Assembly (NCBI GenBank): GCA_041908545.1
Contig: JAYRFE010000082.1
Span: forward strand, 1-35,905
DNA from: Candidatus Moraniibacteriota bacterium
Lineage (GTDB): Bacteria > Patescibacteriota > Minisyncoccia > Moranbacterales > UBA1568
Direction of reading: 5' to 3'
Length of the DNA: 35,905 nucleotides
The notes under the pieces were generated by a model. That model saw only the letters and a list, made by a program, of their open reading frames with translations. It was not told where the DNA came from and ran no database searches. Each line of letters starts with the position of its first letter. The first letter of the stretch is position 1. The position numbers and the translations under genes were made by a program. Positions 15,710-24,831 of this stretch are shown here, one piece after another.

Positions 15710-17170
15710 ATGTCATCTCAATTGTCAGCAATCGGAACGAAACTATTCATCCTGGATACCAACGTCCTGATGCATGATCCGATGAGTCTTTATCGTTTTG
15801 GTGATAACGACGTCTTTGTTCCCGTTATCGTTCTGGAAGAACTCGATGACCATAAGCAAGGTCAGTCCGGGATCGCTCGGAGTACGCGTCAGGCTATGCG
15901 TCTGTTGAGCCAGGTTCTCGACGGAGCAAAGGCACCGGGAGTGTCTTTGGATCAGGGAATCCCGCTGTCCGGTCCCTCGAATGGGCTGGCAAGCGGGCGT
16001 CTTTTCCTGCAGACCAAGGATATCAGTCTTGAATTGCCGGAAGGGTTTGCGAGAGGGAAGAACGATAACCAGATACTGGCGGTCGCATTGTACCTGCAGA
16101 GGAATTTTTCCGGGCGCACGGTGATTCTGGTCACCAAAGATATCAACGTGCAGATCAAAGCCGATGCCCTTGGAATCGTCGTGCAGGATTATTTCAACGA
16201 TAAGGTGCTTCAAGCGGCGGATCGTCGGTATACGGGTGTTTCGGAGCTGCCGGAAAATTTCTGGGACCAGCATCCTGAAATGGTTCACTTGAGTGGCGGG
16301 AGAGATGCTTGCTATCAGTTCAACTCGCTTCCCGATGAAGATTTTTCCTATAACCAGTGTGTGTTCCAGAATACGGGAGGAGGAGATTCGTTTCAGGCTA
16401 TCGTGACTGCGGTAAGCGGCGATCGGGTTACGTTGCGAAGGGCAGTGAATTATCAGTGTCCAAAGAATGCTGTTTTCGGTCTGACGGCGCGGAATATCGG
16501 GCAAAATTTCGCTTTGAATCTCCTGATGGATCAGAATATCGATTTCGTGACGATACTCGGTCGAGCCGGGACCGGGAAGACGGTTCTGTCTTTGGCTGCG
16601 GCTCTGCAACAGGTGGTCGAGGATAGGTCGCATAGGAAGATAATTTTCACGAGGCTGACGATGCCTCTGGGTGAGGGGATAGGCTGGCTCCCGGGGACCA
16701 AAGAAGAGAAAATGGCGCCCTGGATGAGACCGGTTTTCGATAATCTTGGTGTGTTGGGAGCCAGAAGGCCGGAAAAACCGATCATCAAACCCAACGGTTC
16801 ATACAAGCAGACGGATATCGATCCTGACGAAGCGCGGGCGGCCTCGATCGAGTATCTCTTGCGGTATATCGAGATTGAAGCGGTCGATTTCATGCGGGGA
16901 GCCTCGCTTTCACAGGTGATCTTGATCATCGATGAGGCGCAGAATTTGACACCTCATCAGGTGAAATCCCTGGTTACCCGTGCCGGTGAGGGGACCCGAG
17001 TCATTTTGCTGGGTGATACGTCGCAGATCGATAGTCCGTATTTGGACGAAGGCAGCTCCGGATTGACCTACGCCGTCGAACGATTCAGGGAATGGGAAGG
17101 AAGCGGCCATATTCTCTTGCAGGATGGCGAACGTTCGCGGCTTGCGACATACGCGGCATCGGTTCTCTGA
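15710..17170 (+). CDS. PhoH2-type protein: N-terminal PIN domain fused to PhoH-like ATPase
   Basis: PIN acidic residues are in context (FILDTNVLMHD, VLEELD, NDNQILAVAL, LVTKDINV). The PhoH half has Walker A (GRAGTGKT) and Walker B (LIIDEAQN). The track start (TTG 15602) is replaced by the ATG at 15710. Confidence 0.85.
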   Translation: MSSQLSAIGTKLFILDTNVLMHDPMSLYRFGDNDVFVPVIVLEELDDHKQGQSGIARSTRQAMRLLSQVLDGAKAPGVSLDQGIPLSGPSNGLASGRLFLQTKDISLELPEGFARGKNDNQILAVALYLQRNFSGRTVILVTKDINVQIKADALGIVVQDYFNDKVLQAADRRYTGVSELPENFWDQHPEMVHLSGGRDACYQFNSLPDEDFSYNQCVFQNTGGGDSFQAIVTAVSGDRVTLRRAVNYQCPKNAVFGLTARNIGQNFALNLLMDQNIDFVTILGRAGTGKTVLSLAAALQQVVEDRSHRKIIFTRLTMPLGEGIGWLPGTKEEKMAPWMRPVFDNLGVLGARRPEKPIIKPNGSYKQTDIDPDEARAASIEYLLRYIEIEAVDFMRGASLSQVILIIDEAQNLTPHQVKSLVTRAGEGTRVILLGDTSQIDSPYLDEGSSGLTYAVERFREWEGSGHILLQDGERSRLATYAASVL

Positions 17171-17183
17171 TCTTGTTTTTTCT

Positions 17184-17211
17184 CCCCCCGGAAATCCCGG
17201 GGGCTTTTTTT
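17184..17211 (+). terminator. Rho-independent terminator
   Basis: CCCCCGG (17185-17191) pairs with CCGGGGG (17197-17203) around a 5-nt loop, followed by C and then T7. Confidence 0.7.
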
Positions 17212-17286
17212 GCCTGAAAAGGGGGAATACGGAATGATTGTCCAAAAACGTGTATACTGGAAGAACTTTTCTTTTTTCGAATCCGT

Positions 17287-18846
17287 ATGACGCAGGCCGA
17301 AGCGCTCGCCGTCCTCCGTTCCGGTTCCCACGTCTTTCTGACGGGCGAAGCGGGATCGGGGAAGACGCATACCATCAACGCTTACACCGCTTATCTCCGG
17401 GAACGGGAGATAGATTTCGCGGTGACCGCTTCGACTGGAATCGCTGCCACCCATATCCATGGGATGACCATCCATGCCTGGAGCGGTATCGGGACCGCTC
17501 GTTCCTTGGATGAAGAAGGGATACGTGCTCTTGCCGATAACCGATATGTCACCAAACGGATCAAGAAAACGAAGGTCCTGATCATCGATGAGATTTCCAT
17601 GCTGGATGCATCGGTATTCGATACGGTCGAGCGGATCTGTCGGACTATCAGGAAGAGACAGCTTCCTTTCGGTGGATTACAGGTCGTGGTCGTGGGGGAT
17701 TTTTTTCAATTGCCTCCGGTGGCGAAGGAGGGGGAATTCGCCCGTTTCGCTTTCGAATCGGAGACGTGGCAATGGCTTGACTTCAAGGTCTGCTATTTGA
17801 CGGAACAGCATCGTCAAGAGGATGACATGTTTCTCGAGTTGTTGTCGGCCATACGCTCCCAAACCTGGAGTGCTTCGCATCGGCGGCGGTTGGAGGCGCG
17901 ATTGATCGGTGAGGAGGAGGCGTTGCCGGATGAGATGACCCGTCTCTTTTCACACAATGCGGATGTGGACCGGATCAATCAGGGTGAGCTCGGAAAATTG
18001 GACGCGAAGACGCATCGTTTCGTCATGGCGGAGCGTGGTCCCGAGAAGCTTGTCGAAGCTCTCAAGCGCGGCTGCCTCTCTCCTTCGCGGCTGGAACTCA
18101 AGGAAGGAGCCGCCGTGATGTTCACGAAGAATAATCAGAGTGAAGGTTTCGTGAATGGGACGCTCGGAGTCGTGACCGGTTTCGAGGGGACGAGACATCG
18201 GCCGGTGGTCCGGACGCATGCGGGAGATCGTATCGTGGTCGAACCGATGGAATGGACGATGATGGAGGGAGATGCGATCCTGGCGAAGATCACTCAGCTC
18301 CCGCTCCGGCTTGCCTGGGCGATGACGATACACAAGAGCCAAGGCGTGAGTCTTGATGCGGCGGTGATGGATCTTTCCCAGGCTTTCGAATTCGGTCAGG
18401 GATACGTGGCGCTCTCGCGGGTGCGGCGTCTTTCGGGAGTTCATCTCATCGGAATCAACGAACGGGCCTTCGAAGTGCACCCGAGAGTCTCCCAAGAGGA
18501 TCAAGTATTTCGTGAGGTATCACGGACGACTTTGTCGTGGTCTCGGTCGTTGACGCCGGAAGAGCGGGAGCGACTTGAACGGAATTTCATTCTTATTTCC
18601 GGCGGGAAACGGACTGAAAAAAGGAAGGAGGAAGCATCCGAAGAGGATAGGATATCTGAATCATCATTGGAAAAAACGAGAAAGACGCATGCTCAGGCGT
18701 ATCGACACTGGACGGATGAGGAAGAGGCGCGGTTGAAAAGGCTGTTCAATAGGGGAATACCGATGAAGGAGATCGCGGCGACTCTGGGCCGACAGATGGG
18801 GGGGGTCCGTTCCCGAATCAGGAAACTCGGACTTGAAGAGGTTTGA
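17287..18846 (+). CDS. Pif1/RecD-like superfamily 1 DNA helicase with C-terminal helix-turn-helix-like tail
   Basis: Walker A (GEAGSGKTH), IIDEISML, VVVGDFFQLPPV, and a C-terminal helicase motif (AMTIHKSQGVSLD...GQGYVALSRV). The tail reads WTDEEEARLKRLFNRGIPMKEIAATLGRQMGGVRSRIRKLG. Confidence 0.85.
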   Translation: MTQAEALAVLRSGSHVFLTGEAGSGKTHTINAYTAYLREREIDFAVTASTGIAATHIHGMTIHAWSGIGTARSLDEEGIRALADNRYVTKRIKKTKVLIIDEISMLDASVFDTVERICRTIRKRQLPFGGLQVVVVGDFFQLPPVAKEGEFARFAFESETWQWLDFKVCYLTEQHRQEDDMFLELLSAIRSQTWSASHRRRLEARLIGEEEALPDEMTRLFSHNADVDRINQGELGKLDAKTHRFVMAERGPEKLVEALKRGCLSPSRLELKEGAAVMFTKNNQSEGFVNGTLGVVTGFEGTRHRPVVRTHAGDRIVVEPMEWTMMEGDAILAKITQLPLRLAWAMTIHKSQGVSLDAAVMDLSQAFEFGQGYVALSRVRRLSGVHLIGINERAFEVHPRVSQEDQVFREVSRTTLSWSRSLTPEERERLERNFILISGGKRTEKRKEEASEEDRISESSLEKTRKTHAQAYRHWTDEEEARLKRLFNRGIPMKEIAATLGRQMGGVRSRIRKLGLEEV

Positions 18847-18949
18847 AGGCTTATGGTTCAGTGAAGTGATTTTGGCGAGGAGACGAGGTATGATATCGTG
18901 AAAAAGGAGATGATCCTGTTTATTTTATTGGGTCAGAAGTATCGATCAT

Positions 18950-19768
18950 ATGGGGATTTTTTTCTTTTTCTGTCTCGGTCTGATCGTGGGAAGTTTTTTG
19001 AATGTCGTGGCGCTTCGACTTGAGGCAGGAACAAACTTTGTCAGCGGGCGTTCGGCCTGTCCGCGGTGCCAGGCTCTTATCGCCTGGTATGACAATATCC
19101 CGCTTTTCTCCTTTCTTTTTCTTGGAGGGAAATGCCGGTCATGCAAAGCGCCTATTTCCTGGCGTTACCCGTTGGTCGAGTTGGGTACGGGACTGGTGTA
19201 TGCTGGTACGTTTCAGCTCTTCTTCAATCCGGTGGAAACGAGCGCCTGGATTGAAACGGTGTGGTTGCTCGGGCTCTTTTCTTTTCTTATCGTCATTGCG
19301 CTCTACGATACGGAGACTATGGAGATTCCGGTATCGCTTCTTCAGGCGAGCGCTCTCTGGACGGTAGTCTCACTTCTTCTTTTGGACTGGAATCTTTCGA
19401 CGGATATGCTGTGGTCTGTCGATGGGCGTATCGTTTCCGGATTATTGGGTGCTTCGGGTGCCTGGATTTTCTTCGCATCATTGTCCTTTTTTTCCAAGGA
19501 GACCTGGATGGGTTGGGGGGATTCGTGGTTGGCGGCCGTTCTCGGGCTTGTCGTGGGTATTAAGAGCATATTTTTCACGCTTACTCTCTCTTTCGGTATC
19601 GGCGCACTTTTTTCGTGTGTTCTTTTGTTTCGGAAAAAAGCAGGTATGACGACCCAGGTTCCTTTCGGACCGTTTCTGATTCTGGGTCTTATAGCTTATT
19701 TGTTTCTTTCCCGATTTGATTCGATCCGATACGGAGGGAATATGTGGATATCCTCTTTTTTTTCGTAG
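18950..19768 (+). CDS. pilD: Prepilin peptidase (A24 family)
   Basis: N-terminal CPRC...CRSC Zn-binding segment (CPRCQALIAWYDNIPLFSFLFLGGKCRSCKAPISWRYPLVEL). Catalytic Asp contexts ALYDTETMEIP and GWGDSW. Polytopic membrane protein. Confidence 0.9.
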   Translation: MGIFFFFCLGLIVGSFLNVVALRLEAGTNFVSGRSACPRCQALIAWYDNIPLFSFLFLGGKCRSCKAPISWRYPLVELGTGLVYAGTFQLFFNPVETSAWIETVWLLGLFSFLIVIALYDTETMEIPVSLLQASALWTVVSLLLLDWNLSTDMLWSVDGRIVSGLLGASGAWIFFASLSFFSKETWMGWGDSWLAAVLGLVVGIKSIFFTLTLSFGIGALFSCVLLFRKKAGMTTQVPFGPFLILGLIAYLFLSRFDSIRYGGNMWISSFFS

Positions 19769-19796
19769 GAGAAATCATCGTTTTTTTGAAGATTTT

Positions 19797-19825
19797 TTGT
19801 CGGATATGATGATATGTTGTATACT
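19797..19825 (+). promoter_or_regulatory. Sigma70-type promoter upstream of the first pilin gene: TTGTCG-17 nt-TATACT
   Basis: TTGTCG at 19797-19802, a 17-nt spacer, and TATACT at 19820-19825. The ATG at 19834 lies 8 nt after the -10 hexamer, so a leaderless longer form is possible. Confidence 0.5.
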
Positions 19826-19881
19826 TTATCCGTATGGGAGGGGTTAGTTATCTCAATTTCCAAAGAAGTAGAAAATCCGAT

Positions 19882-20406
19882 ATGTCACAAAGGAAAGGAT
19901 TCACTCTCATTGAAATCCTGGTGGTTGTTGCCATCATCGGTATCGCCGCGGGAATTGCCCTCATATCTATCGGTAGCGGACGGACGCAGAAAGAGGTGGA
20001 GGGAGATGCTCGTCGTCTGGTCGGTGTGTTGCGTGAATTGCAGAACAACGCGCTTTCGGGGAAGCAGGTCGCCTCGGGAAGGGTTTCGTGTGCCTTCGTG
20101 TTTCCTCCGTCCGCCGCCGGTGCCACGACGGTTTCGCCTACGTATCGGTATCGGAATGGAGCGACATGCGCGTCCGTTTTGAGTGATGCTCTTCCGGTCT
20201 TCAGACTGACTCCAGGAGTAAGCATTTCGGCCGCGAATGGAGGGGTTGGTTTCGTGGTCCCCTGGGGCGAGGTGTGGGACGGATTATTGACGGGTACGAT
20301 TGGGAGTGCCGTGCAGTACACGCTTACCAAAGCGGGAGTGACCTGGTCGGTCTGTGTGTATCCCGGAGGACGCATCGAGGAAGCAGCCGGAGGAAGTTGT
20401 CCATAG
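19882..20406 (+). CDS. Type IV pilin / pseudopilin-like protein with class III signal peptide
   Basis: MSQRKG/FTLIEILVVVAIIGIAAGIAL: a short basic leader, Gly at -1, Phe at +1 and Glu at +5. The start could instead be the upstream ATG at 19834, which would give a 22-aa leader. Confidence 0.8.
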   Translation: MSQRKGFTLIEILVVVAIIGIAAGIALISIGSGRTQKEVEGDARRLVGVLRELQNNALSGKQVASGRVSCAFVFPPSAAGATTVSPTYRYRNGATCASVLSDALPVFRLTPGVSISAANGGVGFVVPWGEVWDGLLTGTIGSAVQYTLTKAGVTWSVCVYPGGRIEEAAGGSCP

Positions 20407-20421
20407 GCTTACCTAGTCAAT

Positions 20422-21153
20422 ATGAAAACATCGAAGATCATAAATACGAATCAGGAGGAGTACGTGAGACTGGGCATGTTTTCTTTTTTGTTTTCTGGAC
20501 AGAAAGGGGGGGATCGGGATTTTTCTCGAATACGTGCCTTTTCCATGGTGGAAGTCATCATCGCGTCCGCTATCGTGGCTATCGGTCTGACAGCCGTGTT
20601 GCAGCTCTTGTCTTCATCACTCAACAATGCCTTTCGTGATACGGACGCGATAGTAGCGACAGAACTTGCGCAGGAAGGTCTGGAATATGCGTATAATGTT
20701 CGGGATGCCAATCTGGCTGATTCGACCGTCTCTCCTCCAGGGAGTGCGAACGCGTTTCCGACATCGGGCACGCATAAATTTCCAGGAACCGCTGCGAGGG
20801 ATTTCTGTGGACCGGATGCTGCGACTCCGAGATTCATTCTCTCCGGTGCGGGTCGGAACTGCTTTGCGAATGCCAAAAACTCGGAACACCGTTATTCGCT
20901 TGTCCCGGTCGGGAATTTTTATGTGTTTCAGGATGCAGTCACGCACTTTGCTCGCGTCGTTTCCATCGAATTGGATAACGTTACGACTCCGACCCAGGCT
21001 GAAGTCACTAGTATCGTCTGGTGGGGACGGAGCGATGTATTGCCGACAGGAGTCTTCCCCGGCGTATCTGCCGACAGCGTGGATGTTTCTCAGTGCACTC
21101 GAGCGAATCAGTGCGCGTATGTTCGGGCCGTTTTGACGAATTGGAAACCTTAA
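20422..21153 (+). CDS. Prepilin-like (minor pilin-like) protein
   Basis: ...SRIRA/FSMVEVIIASAIVAIGLTAVLQLL, with Glu at +5 and Ala at -1. The leader is unusually long: 43 aa from 20422, or 25 aa from the ATG at 20476. Confidence 0.65.
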   Translation: MKTSKIINTNQEEYVRLGMFSFLFSGQKGGDRDFSRIRAFSMVEVIIASAIVAIGLTAVLQLLSSSLNNAFRDTDAIVATELAQEGLEYAYNVRDANLADSTVSPPGSANAFPTSGTHKFPGTAARDFCGPDAATPRFILSGAGRNCFANAKNSEHRYSLVPVGNFYVFQDAVTHFARVVSIELDNVTTPTQAEVTSIVWWGRSDVLPTGVFPGVSADSVDVSQCTRANQCAYVRAVLTNWKP

Positions 21154-21165
21154 GAGCGAACACGT

Positions 21166-21765
21166 ATGCATCAGAACAGGAAACAAGTTTTTCCGTCTCG
21201 ACAGAGAAGATCTTCCCGAGGCTTTTCCTTGATAGAAGTTGTCGTTGCGATGGGGGTTTTCTCGCTTCTTATGGCGATTGTGTCCGTGGCTTTCAGCGGG
21301 GGATTTGCGGCGTATCGGAATACGGCAAGTGCTCAGAAGTACCTCGAGAACGCGCAGTACATCATGAATGACCTTGTCAAACAGCTCCGTACCAGTTCCG
21401 TGATAAGTCCGACTGGGAATCCGGCGGTCAATACGTCCCCGGTCAGCGTGACCTTCTTCGATCATTCGCAGTCGAAATGTATCATGTATCGACAACATAC
21501 CTCACCTAATTATGTTGAGAAGTCAATCGGAACCGCCGGAACCGCAGCTCTTTGCGGTACGACGCCCGGATTCAGCGTCTGGAATCGGGTGACTACTGGC
21601 GAAGTCACGATGAATCTCGTTATTCGGGATTCGGTGCTGAGTACCCGGGTCGGATTGGTTATAATTTCCTTTTCTGTCGGTGGCGGAGGAGCTTCCGCCG
21701 TGGATCCTGTTTTGCTGCAATCATCGGTTTCCTTGCGTGATTACAAGACATCGTTGGGAATTTAG
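21166..21765 (+). CDS. Prepilin-like (minor pilin-like) protein
   Basis: ...RRSSRG/FSLIEVVVAMGVFSLLMAIVSVAF, with Gly at -1, Phe at +1 and Glu at +5. The leader is 19 aa and basic. Confidence 0.7.
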   Translation: MHQNRKQVFPSRQRRSSRGFSLIEVVVAMGVFSLLMAIVSVAFSGGFAAYRNTASAQKYLENAQYIMNDLVKQLRTSSVISPTGNPAVNTSPVSVTFFDHSQSKCIMYRQHTSPNYVEKSIGTAGTAALCGTTPGFSVWNRVTTGEVTMNLVIRDSVLSTRVGLVIISFSVGGGGASAVDPVLLQSSVSLRDYKTSLGI

Positions 21766-21836
21766 GGGAGAAATCCTGTTTGTTTTTGGAAGAGTGTTCT
21801 TGAAATCTGGTTTAGACCGGTGTTTTGTTTTTCCCT

Positions 21837-21864
21837 TTACCAAAAATGGGAAGTATGGTATATT
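21837..21864 (+). promoter_or_regulatory. Possible promoter with extended -10: TTACCA-16 nt-(TGg)TATATT
   Basis: TTACCA at 21837-21842, TG at 21856-21857 and TATATT at 21859-21864. Confidence 0.4.
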
Positions 21865-21903
21865 TTCCTTTGCGTTTTCGGAGGGTTTGGATAAGGGAAC
21901 GCG

Positions 21904-22716
21904 GTGTTTCGTATGTATTCCGGTTTAGGAATGAAGAGTAGGCGGAAACCCGAGAAAAGAAAAAGTCTTTTTATGGGTATCCGCGCGTTTGCCCCTCTTT
22001 TTTTTATTGTTGGCGGAGGCATATATCCCGCCGATGGCGGAAATGCGTTTTCGGAGCTGGCGAATTTGCCAGCAGTCGCGATATCCGAACATGTCGAGAT
22101 CGCTCCTGAAGCTTCCTCTGGTCCGGTTCAGTTGAATTCAGACGATGAGAGTTTGACCCGGTGTCGTTGGAAAACGGACCGAATTCTGTTGTCTTCGCTC
22201 GGGCAAAAAACATCCCGAGATTCTTTCGGAATCGGGTGCGCCGAAGAGAAGGATGCGGGTGCTGGCGCCCAGAATGAGAATCATGGGATACGAGAAAAGG
22301 TTCTTTCGCTGACTTCGGAAGGGTATCCTCTTTCGACTATGGCGGGGAGTATTTCCGTGTACGATCCTTCTATCGCCGGACTGATCGTCGGTATCGCGAA
22401 GAAAGAGAGCGATTGGGGGAGACGCACGCCGAAGCTTCGCGGGGAAGAATGTTTCAATTATTGGGGGTATCGCGGGTACGGGAATCGCGGTATGACTGAA
22501 GACGGATATGGTTGTTTCGAGAAACCGGACGATGCCGTACAGGCCATCGGAAATCGTTTGATCGAGCTTTCTTCCGTGCGCGGTGGATCGACCGATCCGG
22601 AACGGATGGTCGTATGGAAATGTGGTTCGAGTTGCGGCGGACATAATCCGGAGAGCGTCAGGAAGTGGATCAGCGATGTGAGATTGTACTATCAGCAGTT
22701 CGCCGGGATTCTTTAG
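21904..22716 (+). CDS. Membrane-anchored hypothetical protein, possible lytic-transglycosylase/lysozyme-like C-terminal domain
   Basis: A basic N-terminus is followed by a TM helix (IRAFAPLFFIVGGGIY). The C-terminal region has an E-S catalytic-like context (IAKKESDWG) followed by NYWGYRGYG. The start is uncertain: GTG 21904, ATG 21913 or ATG 21931. The functional call is weak. Confidence 0.5.
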   Translation: MFRMYSGLGMKSRRKPEKRKSLFMGIRAFAPLFFIVGGGIYPADGGNAFSELANLPAVAISEHVEIAPEASSGPVQLNSDDESLTRCRWKTDRILLSSLGQKTSRDSFGIGCAEEKDAGAGAQNENHGIREKVLSLTSEGYPLSTMAGSISVYDPSIAGLIVGIAKKESDWGRRTPKLRGEECFNYWGYRGYGNRGMTEDGYGCFEKPDDAVQAIGNRLIELSSVRGGSTDPERMVVWKCGSSCGGHNPESVRKWISDVRLYYQQFAGIL

Positions 22717-22826
22717 GGGATTTTTGGTAAGGTCTTTACGGGATTACGGGGAGTTCCGTGTGGGTTATCGTTTTTTGAGGATGTTCCGCGAGACTTTTTT
22801 ATCCGGTCACGGTATACTGAGGAGGT

Positions 22827-23780
22827 ATGACGTGGATAATCGTTTCAATCATCTCCTATTTCTTTGGAGCCGTGGCGGCACTCTTGGATAAGGTGCTTCT
22901 TTCGGGGCGGATCGGTCATCCATCCGTATACGCGTTTTTCGTCGCGCTCTTCAGTTTGTTCGCGCTTTTGTTCGTGCCATTCGGATTTCAGTGGTACGGA
23001 TATGTCCCGACGCTGATTTTCCTCGTTTCAGGGGCGCTTTTTTTGTACGGACTTCTGGCTTTTTATGCGGCCGTACAGAAGAATGAGATATCCCGCGTGG
23101 CGCCTTTAGTCGGGACGATCATGGCGTTGACCGCTTTGCTTGCTTATTTTTTTCCGCTTGGGGGTGATTTGAGCCGTATTGTCACCATTACATGGGTACA
23201 GTTCCTGGCATTCGCTCTCCTGGTCGGCGGAGGCATACTCATTGCGATCGATTTCCCGTTCAAGAGGAGTGAAAGTGTGTCTCCCTTGGTGATCGTGGCC
23301 GGAATCTGCATGTCGATATCTCTTCTGCTGTTGAAGTATGGGTATTATTGGTATGACGTGAATTTCGAGAGCGGCTTTGTCTGGTCTCGGATCGGGATGT
23401 TTCTTGGGGGGGTGAGTCTGTTTGCGGTCCCTCTTTTTCGGAAGCAGATCCTCTCGGGTCTGCGGGATCATGGAATCGCGAATAAGAGGAATACCAAGAC
23501 CGGTATGCTGTTTCTTGCGAACAAGGTGAGTGGTGGCACGGCTGCTTTTCTGATGAATTATGCCACCTTCCTTGGTCCGGTGACGTTCATTCAGGCGCTT
23601 TCCGGGATACAATTCGTCTTTCTGCTCCTGCTTGCCTGGGTGACTTCGACTCAGTACCCGCATATTTTTGAGGAACGGTTCGGCGTGGTACAGTGGGTAC
23701 AAAAAGGAGTTGCTATCAGTCTGATTTTTCTCGGGATGTGGCTTTCGGTGATGAGCGGGGCGCGTCTTCTCATTTATTAG
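22827..23780 (+). CDS. Integral membrane protein, about 10 TM, EamA/DMT-like two-repeat architecture
   Basis: GAGGAGG Shine-Dalgarno just upstream of the ATG. Two 5-TM halves, with an EISRVAPL-type segment typical of EamA repeats. No substrate can be inferred. Confidence 0.7.
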   Translation: MTWIIVSIISYFFGAVAALLDKVLLSGRIGHPSVYAFFVALFSLFALLFVPFGFQWYGYVPTLIFLVSGALFLYGLLAFYAAVQKNEISRVAPLVGTIMALTALLAYFFPLGGDLSRIVTITWVQFLAFALLVGGGILIAIDFPFKRSESVSPLVIVAGICMSISLLLLKYGYYWYDVNFESGFVWSRIGMFLGGVSLFAVPLFRKQILSGLRDHGIANKRNTKTGMLFLANKVSGGTAAFLMNYATFLGPVTFIQALSGIQFVFLLLLAWVTSTQYPHIFEERFGVVQWVQKGVAISLIFLGMWLSVMSGARLLIY

Positions 23781-23796
23781 GGAATGATTGATTTTT

Positions 23797-24831
23797 ATGC
23801 GGGCTGGCCTCTATTATTTTCTGAAAATAATCTTTTGGATCGTGTGGTGGATCGTGTTTCTGATCACCGTGCTGTTCGGGTTGTTCAATATTCCGGGATT
23901 ACATCCGCGTGAGGATGTAGCGCTTGGCATCACTTTTTCTTCGCGTTATGCGCGCGATCTCGGGTTGGATTGGAAAGAAACCTATCTTGCGCTTCTCGAT
24001 GAAGTCGGTGTCCGCAAAGTTCGTATTCCCGTCTATTGGGATCTCGTCGAGCCACGGGAGGGAGAATATGATTTTTCCGATCTCGATTGGCAGATCGAGG
24101 AAACGACTTTGCGGAACGGGGACATCATCCTTTCTATCGGGCAGCGAGTTCCGCGTTGGCCGGAATGTCATATCCCCGGTTGGGTCGGCGATGATGCCGA
24201 TCGGCGCGAAGCTGCGTTGAATAGGTTCTTACGGGAAGTGGTGCATCGATACAGGGATAGAAAGGCGATCAAGGTGTGGCAGGTCGAGAATGAACCGTTT
24301 TTGGTGTTTTTCGGTCAGTGTCCGCCATTTCGTCGCGAGATGCTCGATCGGGAGATTTCGTTGGTGAAATCGCTTGATGGTTCACGACCGATTTTGACTA
24401 CGGACAGTGGGGAGCTTTCTCTCTGGTATCAGGCGGCTCATCGAGGTGACCGTTTCGGGACGACGATGTACCGGCATATCTATAAGCATGGATACGGCTA
24501 CTTCACGTATCCGCTCGGACCGAGCTTTTTCATCATGAAGGAATGGTTTGTACGGTTTCTGACTGATCAGGAATATTTCTCAGTAATCGAATTGCAGGCG
24601 GAGCCGTGGGCAAGCGGTTGGGTTGCCGATGTTCCGCTTGAGGAGCAATTTCGAACGATGGATGAGCAGAAGCTGCGAGAGAATGTCTTGTACGCGCAAA
24701 AAGTCGGTTTTCCGGAAATCTATCTCTGGGGAGCGGAGTGGTGGTATTGGATGAAGGAGAAGAAGGAATATCCGGCAGTATGGGAAACCGCAAAAGAATT
24801 GTTTCATGAACATGCTCAAGGAGAACAGTAG
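23797..24831 (+). CDS. Membrane-anchored TIM-barrel glycoside hydrolase-like protein (clan GH-A, GH5/GH42-like)
   Basis: N-terminal TM helix. VRIPVYWDLVEPREGEYDFSDLDWQIEE resembles GH42/GH5 N-terminal segments. WQVENEPF is a candidate acid/base NEP motif, and IELQAEPW contains a candidate nucleophile Glu. The track start is a TTG at 23788; I prefer the ATG at 23797. Confidence 0.65.
   Translation: MRAGLYYFLKIIFWIVWWIVFLITVLFGLFNIPGLHPREDVALGITFSSRYARDLGLDWKETYLALLDEVGVRKVRIPVYWDLVEPREGEYDFSDLDWQIEETTLRNGDIILSIGQRVPRWPECHIPGWVGDDADRREAALNRFLREVVHRYRDRKAIKVWQVENEPFLVFFGQCPPFRREMLDREISLVKSLDGSRPILTTDSGELSLWYQAAHRGDRFGTTMYRHIYKHGYGYFTYPLGPSFFIMKEWFVRFLTDQEYFSVIELQAEPWASGWVADVPLEEQFRTMDEQKLRENVLYAQKVGFPEIYLWGAEWWYWMKEKKEYPAVWETAKELFHEHAQGEQ

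Noticed and set aside
18910-19023. A 37-aa ORF with a strong AAGGAG Shine-Dalgarno, overlapping the pilD start in another frame.
   Set aside because: The pilD frame from the ATG at 18950 gives the canonical N-terminal helix (GLIVGSFLNVVALRL). The short ORF's product has no features. The AAGGAG may be fortuitous, or may serve an unresolved alternative pilD start.
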